Source: Lama glama
Lineage: Eukaryota
Direction: 5' to 3'
Length of the DNA: 64,000 nt
Assembly: GCA_028534125.1 (NCBI GenBank)
Contig: CM052832.1
Location: 17,300,001-17,364,000, forward strand
The number at the start of each line of letters is the position of its first letter. Position 1 is the stretch's first letter. A model generated the notes under the pieces. The model saw nothing but the letters and a program-made list of their open reading frames with translations, made no database searches and was not told where the DNA came from. Below, one piece after another: positions 25,101 through 39,470 of this stretch. The translations under genes and the position numbers were made by a program.

Positions 25101-26873
25101 GCTTGTGCACTTAAAAAATCATGCCAAAGAAAATTTAAGCATTCCAGTTTAGCTCTAGACCATCATGGTAAATCACCAGTGTGAAAAATGAAAGGAATAA
25201 GCGATAGAGTAATAATGATTTGTGGATAGGTGAATATAGTTTTTCATTTTTAGAATTAAATATGAACCAAGTACAGTTCCAAGTGTTTTCACAAATATTA
25301 ACTCTCACAATTTACCTTCATTTAACATATAGAGAATCCAGTATACAGACAGGTTAAACAAATTGCCCAAGGACACAGTGCTTCCAAGTGGTGAAGCTGT
25401 AATTTGATCCCAGGCACTCTGAGTCAGAAATTTGTGCACTTAAGGCACTAAGCTTAATTTACCTGACATCTACTCCATAAAAATTAGGCACTCTTTAAAT
25501 TAAATTTCCATTTTGTATTGAGAAAAACTGCATCTCTATCTCATACTTCTTAATAACAGTTCTTTCTTTATGATTATAACATTATAATGTTTTAACTAAA
25601 ATGCTTATAACAATGATATACTGTAGGTAATTTATCTTTACCTTATTTTACTATAACTGCAAAAAATAGGTTGTTATTCCTTAGCTCCGAAAACACTGTA
25701 AATGTTAAGTATCCTAGGTCTGACTTTCATAGAACTCACATGCATAAAAAATTCATAAATTAACTCAGTAATTAAATAGTCCATCTATTTAATATGTTAC
25801 AGTATTCAGAAATAGTAAGATTAATGTAATTTTATCTCTTATCTGTATTCTTTTAGAGTCAAAATAAGGTGATGGTTTTATCTATCGAGTTGCAAAGCAA
25901 CCAGAGGATCAACTCATATAATTAGTAAATTCTATGGGGAAAAAACAACACATTGATTGTTTGATAAACTATTTTGTTTGAATTTCCTGCCTTGTTAATT
26001 TTGCTGAACATCCAGGTGAGTAGGAGCTAACACAGATTGTTGCTATTTGTATGTAGTGACCAAAGGTTTTGGAATTAATTAAACTTTTAATTCTGCAACA
26101 AACCAATAAGGCTGTTTAGATGATGTAATAACACTCATAAACAATATTCAAAGAAACATATGGCCTCTGTACATGTATATAAATAAGGGGCTTTTTTTCC
26201 TGGCATCCAAAACACATGCACAAAAAAAGGGCAGTATAGTAGAGAACATCAAAACTGACAAAAGAACCACAGTGTCTGCAATGTTGAAGAGGAGGCAAAT
26301 AGAAGAAGGAGGTTAGCAGTGATGATCATTATGATTGTGATTATAAAGGCTGAGATGTAGACATTTGGAAGTGAATAGGGAAAGTCATTCTGTTAGCAAA
26401 TGGTGGAGCTTATCCCAGGAAAATTTCAACTTTTACCTCAAGCTCAACTCCTTTGTAAGAGAAATATTTGTGTGATCAAGTGATGCTTATGTCATAGTTT
26501 CAAGGAGGAACAACTCCTCAAAATATATTCCACTCTTAAAATTAGATAATTAACTTAATGGATTTATTACTTAATGAAAATACATTAAATCATGAGTGAC
26601 ACAGAATATTAAGCCTTTCCAATTATTCACAATCCAGTGTGACTGGGTTTAACATATTATTTTTAGAACCACTCTGGAAATGATTAAATATGGAGAGATT
26701 CTGGGAAATGAACACAGGGGGTAGGTTAAAAGAGATATTCCAAAATGTGAGAAAGCATGCAAATAAGTGAGTTTTAGATACCCATGACAAACTTTGGAGA
26801 TTTCTGGTTCTACCTAAGGCTGACACTATTTTTTGTTACCATGGTATTGTCTCCTAGCCTTTCATAAGGGTCA

Positions 26874-27818
26874 ATGGAAACAAGCAATGGAAGTTCCAGA
26901 ACAGACTTCATCCTTCTGGGCTTTTCTGATCGGCCCCAATTAGAACGCATCATCTCTGTGGTTGTCTTCATATTCTATATTGTAACTCTGATAGGAAACA
27001 CAACTATCATTCTTGTATCTTACCTAGACACCCAGCTCCATACTCCCATGTATTTCTTCTTATCCAATTTGTCTTTTTTGGACCTCTGTTATACAACTAG
27101 CATTATCCCCCAGATGCTGGTAAATCTATGGGGTCCAAAAAAGTCTATTACATATGGAGGGTGTGTGCTCCAATTTTTCTTTGCCCTTGGCCTGGGCGCC
27201 ACAGAATGTCTTCTCTTGGCTGTGATGGCTTATGACCGCTATGCTGCTGTCTGTCAACCTCTTCACTACACAGTAATAATGCACCCTTGGCTTTGCCAAA
27301 AGATGGTGTTGACTGCCTGGATAAGTGGTCTTGGCAGTGCCTTAACTGTTTGCTCCTTGACTTTGAAGTTGCCAAGATGTGGGCACCGGGAGGTGGATAA
27401 TTTTTTCTGTGAGATGCCAGCATTGATCAAGATGGCTTGTGTCTATTCAAAAGTAACTGAAGTTGTTGTCTTTGCTCTTGGAGTGGTATTTCTTCTGGTA
27501 CCTTTATCCCTAATTCTGATCTCATATGGAGTTATCACTCAAGCTGTCATGAGAATCAAGTCAGCAGCAAGGTGGCGAAAGATCCTTAATACATGTGGTT
27601 CTCACCTCACAGTAGTAACTCTGTTTTATGGAACCATCATTTATATGTACATGAAGCCACAGACTAGCACCTCCCAAGATGAGGGGAAGTTCCTTACTCT
27701 CTTTTACACAATTGTCACACCCAGTCTTAACCCCCTGATCTACACTTTGAGAAACAAAGATGTAAAAAGTGCAGTCAGGAGAATACTGTGGATAGAAAAA
27801 TGGCCAGCAAAGTCATGA
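26874..27818 (+). CDS. OR2AD1: Olfactory receptor family 2, intact, 314 aa; probable orthologue of human OR2AD1P
   Basis: OR motifs [60 protein letters not shown] and an NGS site. Putative 5' UTR intron 26016-26857 (CAG|GTGAGT ... CTCCTAG|). The symbol comes from its position between OR2W1 and ZNF311 and is less certain than the OR call. Confidence 0.85.
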   Translation: METSNGSSRTDFILLGFSDRPQLERIISVVVFIFYIVTLIGNTTIILVSYLDTQLHTPMYFFLSNLSFLDLCYTTSIIPQMLVNLWGPKKSITYGGCVLQFFFALGLGATECLLLAVMAYDRYAAVCQPLHYTVIMHPWLCQKMVLTAWISGLGSALTVCSLTLKLPRCGHREVDNFFCEMPALIKMACVYSKVTEVVVFALGVVFLLVPLSLILISYGVITQAVMRIKSAARWRKILNTCGSHLTVVTLFYGTIIYMYMKPQTSTSQDEGKFLTLFYTIVTPSLNPLIYTLRNKDVKSAVRRILWIEKWPAKS

Positions 27819-28677
27819 ATTAGATGGAAAAAATCAGAGTGTAGAGAGCTAAAGAAACAATATTGAAACAATCTTTACCAACAGAAAAGGAATCAATTCA
27901 TTTATTCAAAGAGCATTTCTTAGGTGTTTACCATGTACCAAGAACTGTACTAGGTACTGACTCTGTAAGTAAGTAGGAAGCAGAGAGAAATGATAAGATA
28001 GATGATAAACAGAGATGTAGATATATACATAAGTAAAATGTAATTCATGCATTTAGAAAGCTTCAAGACTAATCAGGGACTACAGATAAATATGGTAAGT
28101 ACAATAATGTACAAAGAAATGAGGAAAGATTTCACATGAGCATCTATTCTCATGTAAGACTGTACTGATTTTTTTCTTCCCAGATGTACCACTTTTATTA
28201 GAAATAACACTCCCTTTCATTCACCTGATACTGCCAGAGGAGCCTTTGTGGTGGAGACTAACAGCCCACCAATACCCATTCCACCTTCTGCCTCAAGTTT
28301 TAACTGAGAATAGGGCTACCATGCTACAAATAACATTTCCTAGCCTGGCCTCTACCAACACAATGCCAGGAAAGTGATGTGTGCAACTTCTCAGCCATAT
28401 TCTCAAACATGAAGCCACTTGCTCTAACCTTCCACCTTCTTCTTCCTCTTGGCAAGACTGAATGTGAAGGGTACCTAGCTTTGACAAAGACTCTAAGAGG
28501 GAAGTAAGATGGGAACAGAACCAGCCCATTAGCAGAGCAAGACTCCAGATTATTACAGGAGAAAAATCTTTCATATTATTTAATATTAATTAAGCCACTG
28601 TATTTTGGAATCTCTCTGAGAGCTTGGCTTTTACCTTTCTATGGCCTGATAAGGAGTCTGGGCCTTTTCCTGCAGGG

Positions 28678-28831
28678 CAGTGTGGTCCCTGGACCTGCAG
28701 CCTCAGCATCACCTGGCCACTCACTAGGAAAGCAAATTCTAAGCCCCACTTTAGATCTACTGAATCAACCACCTGAGGTTGGACCCCAGAAATCTATGTT
28801 TTTCAGCAACGCTAAAGTTTGAGAACCACTG
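28678..28831 (+). mobile_element. MER5A-like hAT DNA transposon
   Basis: GTGTGGTCCCTGGACC...GCATCACCTGG...TACTGAATCA...CTAAAGTTTGAGAACCACTG. Confidence 0.8.
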
Positions 28832-31800
28832 CTATAGAGAAAAGGGAGTCACTGAACGTCTCTAAACAGAAAATTAACATGGTTTATAGATTTTGATTAA
28901 TTTCCTTCCTGATAGATATGTGAAAGAAAGTGAATACAGATTTCTCAAAGCTTTTAGATAAGTAGTTTCCAAATGTCCCAAATGTCAGACTCCAGATCAT
29001 AGCCAGTCCATTATTTTTCTTCCCCCTACCAATCTGGAGAAAGGAGGAAAATACTGAGTTTCAACTAAGATTAAATGAAGTCAGTATAAAAGATTATTCT
29101 TTATTTAATACTATCTATTTGCACTATGGCTTTATAATGTTCTTTTCTTGAACTATTGTAGTAGTAGATGGTAATTTATTAGAAAGGGGCTTGATGCTCT
29201 TGACAAAACAAAAATTTAGTAATCTCATGTTTGCTCCCCTAATTTTTTTTACTTTATTTTACTGGTAAATACATTCAAAATCTGGGAATCTCTATGCTGG
29301 AGAATAAACTAAACTTCTCTAAAAATTGCCCATTTCAGACATTGAAAATCCTCTCAGCAAGTGAAGGTCCTCACATCTGCAGTGCCATTGCAATGTCACT
29401 TCAAAGGCAAAGTAAGCCACTATCTGCCTGAAGTTGGGGGGGGGGGTAGGTTGTATGAGTTTATGGTCTTATCTCCATCCTTAAGCCCTGTGGTTCCCAA
29501 ACTTCCACAGTAGAACATGCCTTCATTTTAAGATTTTGATTCCTTTTTACACGTAATTTTAAAATTGTCAGTTGTGTGAGCCTTGGTAAAAGATGAAGAA
29601 TCTGAGAGAGGATGATAATATCAAAAGAGAGGGAAAACAAAAAGATGATCTACACTTGTTGGTACTGTAAGGACTATGAAGGAGCAAAGTACAGAATGGT
29701 GAAATTGTGGCCACTGGAAATGAGTTATCAACTTTTCTTTGTGAAAAGGGCTGATCCCAAACATTCATAGGCATATATTACTTTAAAAAGTCTCTTACTC
29801 AGTCTTCAACACTCAGTTGAAATCTTACCTCATCTGAAAAGTCCTTAGATATCTCATCAATGCATCTTTAGAATCCCCTCTAAAATCTGACCATATCAGT
29901 TTTACGGTATTCTCATTTTACTTGTCTGCATGTATGAGTGAAAGACACTGAACTTTTTAACAACATAGAACATCTTATTCATGTGAGATTTTGCTGTCTA
30001 AATTGGCTGCTAACATGAATTACATATTCAATAAATGTCTGTAGAATGATTAAATGAATATTTTTAATAAATCTACAAGAAAATGTTAATCCTGCAGACT
30101 TTAGTGAATGTTCATTGGGTAATGAACTTGGGGCCAATATCTTCAGGTTTTTAACATGAAACACTGAGACTTAAGGGAAGGGAAGGATAGTATATTTTTT
30201 TCTTTCATCATATGCATAATATTGAATTGTCACAACATCCCTTGGAGGTACATACGAGAATGGAAACTAGAAAAACAGAAGGAATAAAAGAAACAGTTGC
30301 TTATTATCTCATAGGCCAGAAGTAATGACTGCTAACTTTTTAATTAATTTCCTTCTAATTTATGTGCATCCATAATAAAGTTTGGGTCACTTTCAGTATC
30401 CTGTTTTATTTCTCCCAATATATGCATTCACATTAGATATATCACCCCCAAGGGGGCAAAAAGTGGCTCTTAGGCAAGTGACAAAGATCTTAGCTAGTAC
30501 GATGATTGGTGGCCCTCCAAAGAGCCACTGTACATAAACAGATAAAGTTTAACTGTGGTATTAAATTTTCATTGAGATGGCGATAATGAAAAAAAAAAAC
30601 AAACACTGGGGAAACAATATCTGAGTGGTATAGTATGTGCTTTTCCTTATTTGAAAAGATGACTAAAATAAAGACTCCCGAGCCAAACTGGTTAGAAGGG
30701 TGCGCATACCGAGGCTCGCTCCAGCACCTGAGATGGGCATAAATAGTCTCCTAGGTTAGTAAGTGACACCTGGATTCATAATAATCTAGTTAAACAAGCT
30801 AAAACGCTGGGAATTCCCTGGCATACTTTTTTTTTAAGTTTGATAACACAATGTTATTATCAAGAATTTGGGGAAACAGATGTCTCATTTACTCCTGGTT
30901 CTATTAGTCATCTGCTGCTACATAAACATTTTTTAAGAGAAACAGACCTTCTAGAAATGATAAATATAGGTTAAAAAACTCCTGCCCACAATTCCTAAAT
31001 ATAAAAAGCTTGGAAAACTAAAACTTTTAAACGAGATCTTTTGGCAGGGAAACCTGACCTAAACTGATGTTCTTTCTGGTCTGTATTCTCAGTTCTATTA
31101 AACAAAGATAGATCTTTTTTAAAAGGAAAAAATTCCTTTGTGAGAGAGAATAATATTAGCTATTTGACATTCATCAGAAACAGCAGATATTTCTTAAAGA
31201 GGATATTCATTATTATCACTCATCTATAAAACCATAGATGTTCTTTGGAGTTGAGGATTCAAGAGAAATTATAATGTTTCTGTTTTAAGATACAGTAGTA
31301 TCATCAAAGGAAATACTGTCAAAGAATAACATAACTTTAATATATTTTTATCGAAAATTTTAGGCGCACATTTACAGTAGCCACATGAAAACGACGGGTT
31401 TTATGCTCTCGTGCACCAACCAAAATACCAAAAGTTTCCATCCTTGCTATCATTGTATCCTGCTGGTAAGAAATGTTCCATGAACTCAAAATACAAACAC
31501 GGCCCACTGCTTTTCTTTATTGTCATTATTTTCCAATTTATTCATCGACCCCCAATTGCAATATTAACAGAACGTCCACTGTCTCCGCTTTGGGCTCCCT
31601 GTCCCCCAGAATGATCTCCAAATTTGAAATTCCAAAAATGAGTTTCAATCAGTTAGCACACCCAACCAGGAAAGGAACAGTGTCCTAGTCCACTACTGCC
31701 ATTTCTCCTTAGTGACACAAGGTGGTGCTACTGAAAAATGACCCTTCGAGGTATAAGCACTGACTGTCCATATTATAACAAGAGCTAAGTATTCCAGACC

Positions 31801-32122
31801 TCCACACAGGTGATGGTGGTCCTTATAAGGAAGCAGACTCCACTCCCCACCTTTTCATAACCATCGAGTCCCAGTAAGCCTTGCCTTCGGTCTCCCTGAG
31901 TGGCAGATCTTCGTTTTCAGGTTTTCTAGTCTTAAAATCAGCCATCTCCATCGAAGAGCCTGCAGCCCAGTAACTCTGGCCAAATTTGCTTGGGCATGAG
32001 GTTCTTGAGGCCCTGACCACCGTTCGCTCTTTCTTGGGGATCCCCATCACCGTAGTGTCTGACAATTTTTCCTTCATCAGTCAAGCCTCCAATCTCCGCC
32101 CAACACACACAAAAGTTAATCT

Positions 32123-32740
32123 TGTAACTACACTCCTTTCCCAGAAGGTGGCGCCCTCCACCCGCGCTCTTGAGACCTCATTTCTGATAAATTTGCTGCA
32201 AAGATATGGTGCAACAAGCTTTAGGATAAATACTGCAACATCACACAGTGAGAACCAAAGAACAAGATTTATTGGGCAAACATAGAAACCACAGTCAGGC
32301 ACAAGAGGCACGGTGCCTCCATCCTCTCATAATCCCATGGAGAGGGGAACCAGGGCTGAGGCCAAGCTGTTTGACGTGCAGTGGGGTCGGTGCTCTAGTC
32401 CTGACCCAACTGCTCTACCTTCTCAAAAGGTAAACTGGAATGCCACTTCTCAGTGAGACAAGACTACTTCATTGCCAGGCTATCTGGGTTTAAATGCCAG
32501 CTGTTTGCAGGAGTTGTCTGAGGGCGAGCTGCCTGGCACCTGAGACCATGGATACTGCAGAAAGTTGTAGCCCCTCCTGTTAGGGAGTATAAGGCACTGG
32601 GGTCCTATAGTAAACCGAGTTTAGGTGAGACCCTCCTCCCAGGAAGAGGGGGAAACCCCAGTTCCAGCTAGCTCATTTCCTAGACAACCTAGAGCAAGAT
32701 CCCAGGATCGCTTTTGAAAAGTTCTGCTCATTGCTCCACA
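32123..32740 (-). mobile_element. Putative ancient solo LTR
   Basis: GC-richer island bounded by TG...CA (TGTAACTACA at 32123, TGCTCCACA ending at 32740), with AATAAA on the minus strand at ~32270; TSD unconvincing. Confidence 0.4.
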
Positions 32741-32989
32741 AATTAAGCAAAATACTGCACACAGTGTTCAGTATAGTGTGCAATTAAAGTGCTCAATAGT
32801 ATTAACTATTGTATTAGTCCTATTTGGTTATTGTTCCTTTTATATAACTCCCTTAGGAATCTTACATGGGGAGAGTATCCGAAGCAATTGACAGGGATGG
32901 ACAGACTTCTCTGAATCCATTAGCAAAAAAGAAAAGAAAAGAAGGATTCTAAAAGTACCCCAAACCTCACCCTCAACTCTCAATGTATA

Positions 32990-33390
32990 AGCTGGACTTA
33001 AACTACACATTAAACCAGTTGGCCTTAACATTTATAGAACATTCTAACCAAAAGCAGCAGAACACACATTCCTCTCAAACACACATGAATATTCTCAAGG
33101 ATAGATCATAAGAACTGACACTGTTAAAACATCCATATCATCCAAGGCAGTCTGCAGATTCAATACAATCCCTATCAAAATTCCAATGATATTTTTTCAT
33201 AAAAATGGACCAAACAATCCTAACATTTGTATGAAACCACAAAAGAACCCAAATAGCCAAAGCAATCTTGAAAGAACAAAGTTGGAGGCATCACATTTTC
33301 TGATTTCAAACTATTACAAAGCTACAGTAATCAAAACAGTGTGGTGTTAGAATAAAAACAGACACATAGATCAATGGAACAAAATAGTAT
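32990..33390 (+). mobile_element. LINE-1 ORF2 fragments
   Basis: ACATTTATAGAACATTC, AGATTCAATACAATCCCTATCAAAATTCCAATG, CAAAGCTACAGTAATCAAAACAGTGTGG. Confidence 0.85.
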
Positions 33391-34114
33391 AAACATAGGT
33401 ATTTATTTTTCCCATTCCATGATTTGCCTTGAAATGCCCCCAATGAAGAGAGAAATAGCATGTGTGTGGTTTATATAAACATATTGTTGACACAGTGATA
33501 GCGAGTATCATTTCATTTAATAGGCTTGGAGTGAAGGTCAGAAGATACTGACTACTATGACCCCTTGCCTAAAGACCAGAGCATGACACAGTCACAACTT
33601 AGGATAAGGGAACCAAAAGGAGTCAACAGAAGCAGGAGGAATGGAATGGCTGGAGACACTGAAGGGTAACCCAGAAAAAGCATATCAAGGAAACGAAGAA
33701 TTCATTCCATTCAAAAAATATTTATTGTGCCCCACCACCACCACCATCACCACCACTTCTATTTGCCTGTAAAGGTTCTAGTGACCTCAAATACATCAGC
33801 AAACAGGAGACCAGGGGCCTTGTCCTTGTAGAGTTTATACTGTAGCAGAGGGATAATACACATAAAAAATAAACATTATAAATAAGTCAATATGTATTAG
33901 AAATTATTATGAGGTATGGAACGAAGTAGGGTAAGGAAAAAGCAAATGAGACTACCAGGAGGCAGAATATAATTTTAAATAGGGTTGTTTCCCACCCTCC
34001 CCCACAAAATTAAGGGCTCCTTAGTGTCCAGTGCTGCAGGCAGGCAGATGTGGATGTGGCTGCCAAAAGGATGTTGGACTTAATTTTTCATTTTCATACT
34101 CAGGGAGTTTCTCT

Positions 34115-35315
<1,201 letters not shown>

Positions 35316-35619
35316 CTAAAAAAAAGAGAGAAATTTAAAAAAAAAAAAAAAAGGAATGGAGGGAAGGAGGAAAAAAGAGAAAATGTCACTTATTTATTGC
35401 ACTCATGTGGGGGAAAAAAGTGGATGATGATTACATGGAAGAACAATGGGCTGTGATGAGATATCTTCTAAGCCTAAGGACTGTTCAAACATTATGGGCA
35501 AGGAGCAAGACAAAATTAAGAAATACTGGGAAAGAGTTATCTGAGAGAAATAAAGGGAAAGGAGAATGAGTTGAAGCAGAAAATAAAAGGAAATAAAATA
35601 TGTGGTAAAAGAAAATAGA

Positions 35620-36065
35620 AAATCAAAAATAATAAAATAATGCCATTTGCAGCAACATGGATGGACCTGGAGAATGTCGTTCTAAGTGAAGCCAGCAAGA
35701 GAAAGAAAAATGCCATATGATATCACTTATATGTGGAATCTAAAAAAAAAAAAGACAAAAGAACTTATTTACAAAGCAGAAACAGACTCACAGACAAAGA
35801 AAACAAACTTATGGTTACCAGGGAGGGAAGGGGCTGGAAAGGGATAAATTGGGAGTTCTAGATTTGCAAATACTATGTAATATACATAAAGTAGATAAAT
35901 AATAAGTTTATACTGTATAGCACAGGTAACTATATTCAATATCTTGTAGTAACCTATGGTGAAAAAGAGTATGAAAATGAATATATGTATGTTCCTATAT
36001 GACTGAAGTATTATGCTGTACACCAGACATTGACACAACATTGTATACTATACTTCAATAAAAAT
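35620..36065 (+). mobile_element. Relatively young L1 3' UTR
   Basis: TGCCATTTGCAGCAACATGGATGGACCTGGAG...GTATAGCACAGGTAACTATATTCAATATC...CTTCAATAAAAA. Confidence 0.88.
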
Positions 36066-36323
36066 GTATTTTAAAAAATGAAAAATCTAAGGACATAAAG
36101 ATAGGGTTTTATAACCTCAGAGTACCCTCCAAACTAGACAAAATGTAACTGAAAAATAGGTTATATCTGCAGTGATCCCACCAATGAGGCTCAAGAATGA
36201 GATACAACTCAAGGAATTTGTTCAGGCCTGGCCCAATGTCGCACACCTCACTTTGAATACACTCTCTTCTGACTCCTAGGTTATCTTCAGTATTTTCTTT
36301 CAAAATATAACTCTAAACTCCTC

Positions 36324-36349
36324 GTGTGTGTGTGTGTGTGTGTGTGTGT
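36324..36349. repeat. (TG)n microsatellite
   Basis: About 13 GT units. Confidence 0.92.
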
Positions 36350-36635
36350 AGCACAAAACATTCCTTCTGTAGGAAACCTGATTAACTTTGATCCAACTTT
36401 GGTCAAACGAGGACTGAGTTGTCTTTGAGTTCTCTTAGAAGTTACTACACACTCTGTACTAATATATGAGTTGTTATAGATGCTATTTTGTTAAATCTTA
36501 ACTAATCAGGTCATATATTTTTTCTCCCTAACAAGAATGCAAAGTCTCTTCTGGCATAGGTTCTACCTATTCTATGAATAATCTCTTCATCAAAATCCAA
36601 AATAAAATGTATCCTCAATATAAGAACAGTATAGG

Positions 36636-36832
36636 TACACAACAGGGGGTGAGGCGTGCCGACCCTCTGCCTAGTCAAAAATCTGCATATAACTTTATAC
36701 TCAGCCCTCCACATTCACAGTTCCACATCTTCCCACAGACCATGTAGTACTGTAGTACATATTTACTAAAACAAATCTGCATATAAGTGGACTTGTATAG
36801 TTCAAACCTGTGTTGTTCAAGAGTCAACTGTA
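36636..36832. mobile_element. Tigger-family DNA transposon deletion derivative
   Basis: ACAACAGGGGGTGAGGCGTGCCGACCC...AAAAATCTGCATATAAC ... GTTCAAACCTGTGTTGTTCAAGAGTCAACTG-TA terminal. Confidence 0.8.
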
Positions 36833-37569
36833 TATTACTTCAATGACAATATCTACAGACTGTAGACATAGCAACTGACCCTGAAATAAGAGACTGGTAT
36901 ACACATGCGCTTTTTCAGTGTTGATAAAACAAATACTTATTAAACATGAATCATATGTCACTATGTTCTAGAAATAACTACAGTCACTTACTTCAAGAAG
37001 TTCCCAATCTAGCACAACGCTCCTCAAACTTTCACGGGTATACCACGTACGCAGCTTGTAAAAATGCAGATTCAATCCTGCCCCCAGATATTAATTATGT
37101 AGTAGGTATGGGTGATACTCAGGAATCTCTATTTGTAACAGGTACTCCCACTGACTCAGTTTCAGGTGGTCATCACTCAGGAAAATACTCTCCGGTAGAT
37201 CCCTATGTCTTTTGAAAACAAAGGCAGGAGAATATCTAGGAATACTGGGTTGAAAACTGCTCTGCACTGGACTAAATGGCCAGGCCTGTGGGAAGATTAA
37301 GGTGGTGGTTTAAGAGTGTAATGAAATGGAGATTATAAACTTTCATCCAAGTTAGTGAAAATAAAATGAATCCAAGCGCGCAGGATCCATATGCTTTTTG
37401 AATGGTGACAGGTTGAAACTCCAGGGTTTAGTTTTTCTCTATTTTTTCTTCTGGAAGACTTTACATGCAAGATTCACAGCTAGGAATGATCTACATGGTA
37501 TGTCCTTAAGTTGCCAAGATAAAGAAAGAACAGAATAGAAGACAGAAACTCAGATTCTTTATCACTCAC

Positions 37570-37686
37570 CTGCACAGGAGCTCCTAGGGGCCTCTCTTAA
37601 AGCAGCTCCCTGCAGATCAAAACCACCGAACTCCTGACCTTGCTCCAGCTGGGAGATTACAGCAGGTTTGGGAAACTGCAATGCTC
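37570..37686 (-). pseudogene. KRAB-B exon of the ZNF pseudogene
   Basis: Translates ALQFPKPAVISQLEQGQEFGGFDLQGAALREAPRSSCA, followed by donor GTGAGT. Confidence 0.85.
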
Positions 37687-37844
37687 CTTGTAGGGAAGGT
37701 GAGAGTATACAATTATTGGGAGAGTAAAATAAAGCTACTCCAAAGCCTTGTCCTAGACTTCTGGTCAGTAAGAGGTCAATAGAGATCAGAAGGGATAAAT
37801 AAGCAGAAAGTAAGCAACAGATGGATTTAAAATACCCTCAGAGG

Positions 37845-38900
37845 ATCCAAAAACATGTAAATAAACCCTACAAATGAATAATAAAAAGGCAGAAAACCAA
37901 TTAGAAGTGTGGCAAAAGAACAGGCACTTCACAAAATAGTATGCCTACGAGATTTGTAGATACTGACAGGTATATATAGAATAGATAAACAAGTTTATAC
38001 TGTATAGCATAGGGAAATGTATTCAAGATCTTATAGTAGCTCACCGTGAAAAAGAATAGAAAATGAATACATGTATATTCACATATGATTGGAAACTTGT
38101 GATGTACAACAGAAATTGATACACTATAAACTGACCATAACTCAATTAAAAAAAAAAAACAGTATGTCTAAATAGCCAGTAAATGTTCAACATGGTGCTC
38201 AACTTCGTTAGTTAGCAGTGAAATGCAAATTAAAACTACATGAGAGACTATTACACACCCACAACAATGGCTCAAGTAAAAAAGACAGTACCAAGTGTGG
38301 CAAGCATGTGGAGCAATTACAACTTTCAAACACTGCTTTAAAAACGTAAATTTGTCCAACTACTTGGTAAACTGTCATACTCTAAGACCCCACAATTCCT
38401 TGTCATAAACATAACAGAAATGCACACATATGCTCAGCAAAAGACATATACCAAAATGTTCACGGCAGCACCTTTTGTAATAACCACATCTGGAAACAAT
38501 TCAAATGACCAGCTATGGTAAAATGACAAATTTGTGATATTATCACACAACGGAAGAATGTACAGTAATGAGAATGAATAAACTGCAACTCTTGGCAACA
38601 AAAGAATAAATCTCAAAATATGTTGAGCAAAAGAAGCCAAAACACAAAAGAAGATATACTGTTCAATTCCATTTATATAAAATTCAAAGACAGGCAAAAT
38701 TAACCTATCAGGTTGGAAGTTGGGAAAATTATTACCTCAAGTAGAGGTGGGGAGGACAGGAGAAGCACTGCCTGAAGGGGGCACAAGCAGCAGGCTTCTG
38801 AGGTGCAGGCAATGGTCCCTTGTGGGTCCCTTTGCTTTATTAAAATTCATTAAGCTGTACACTTATAACCTGTATAATTTTCTGTACACATGTTATACTC
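37845..38900 (+). mobile_element. Old L1 3' region with a younger 5'-truncated L1 (37948-38155) nested inside it
   Basis: The nested copy resembles the 35860-36060 sequence and is flanked by near-identical TSDs AAAATAGTATGCCTA (37933) and AAAACAGTATGTCTA (38156). Confidence 0.8.
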
Positions 38901-39230
38901 AATATGATTCCACTACCCACCACCCAAAAAAAAAAAATTACAATAATATAACTAGGCTGCCCTTTTTCTGCTAAAGAAAAAGAAATTCTTTCTGATGGAT
39001 TGCATGCAGTAAGCCTATGGCAGAGTCTCTCTCTGATCTAGTGGAGGTGACAGGAATTAAAGGATGAGTTTTATGAGGACTCAGCAATGGTAAAGGAAGC
39101 ACTGTCTTTGCATAAATATGAAGTAGAGCCACAGAACCAGAAACTGGTGAGAAGAGAGAAAAATTCTCTCTCTGGACACAAAGAAAGTCCCAAGATACTT
39201 TCCCTCAGGAGGCCCTAAAGATGATCCTTA

Positions 39231-39470
<240 letters not shown>

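Noticed and set aside
31823..32433. Cluster of overlapping short ORFs, considered as an integrase or processed pseudogene
   Set aside because: No recognisable motifs; better explained by a GC-richer LTR-like segment.
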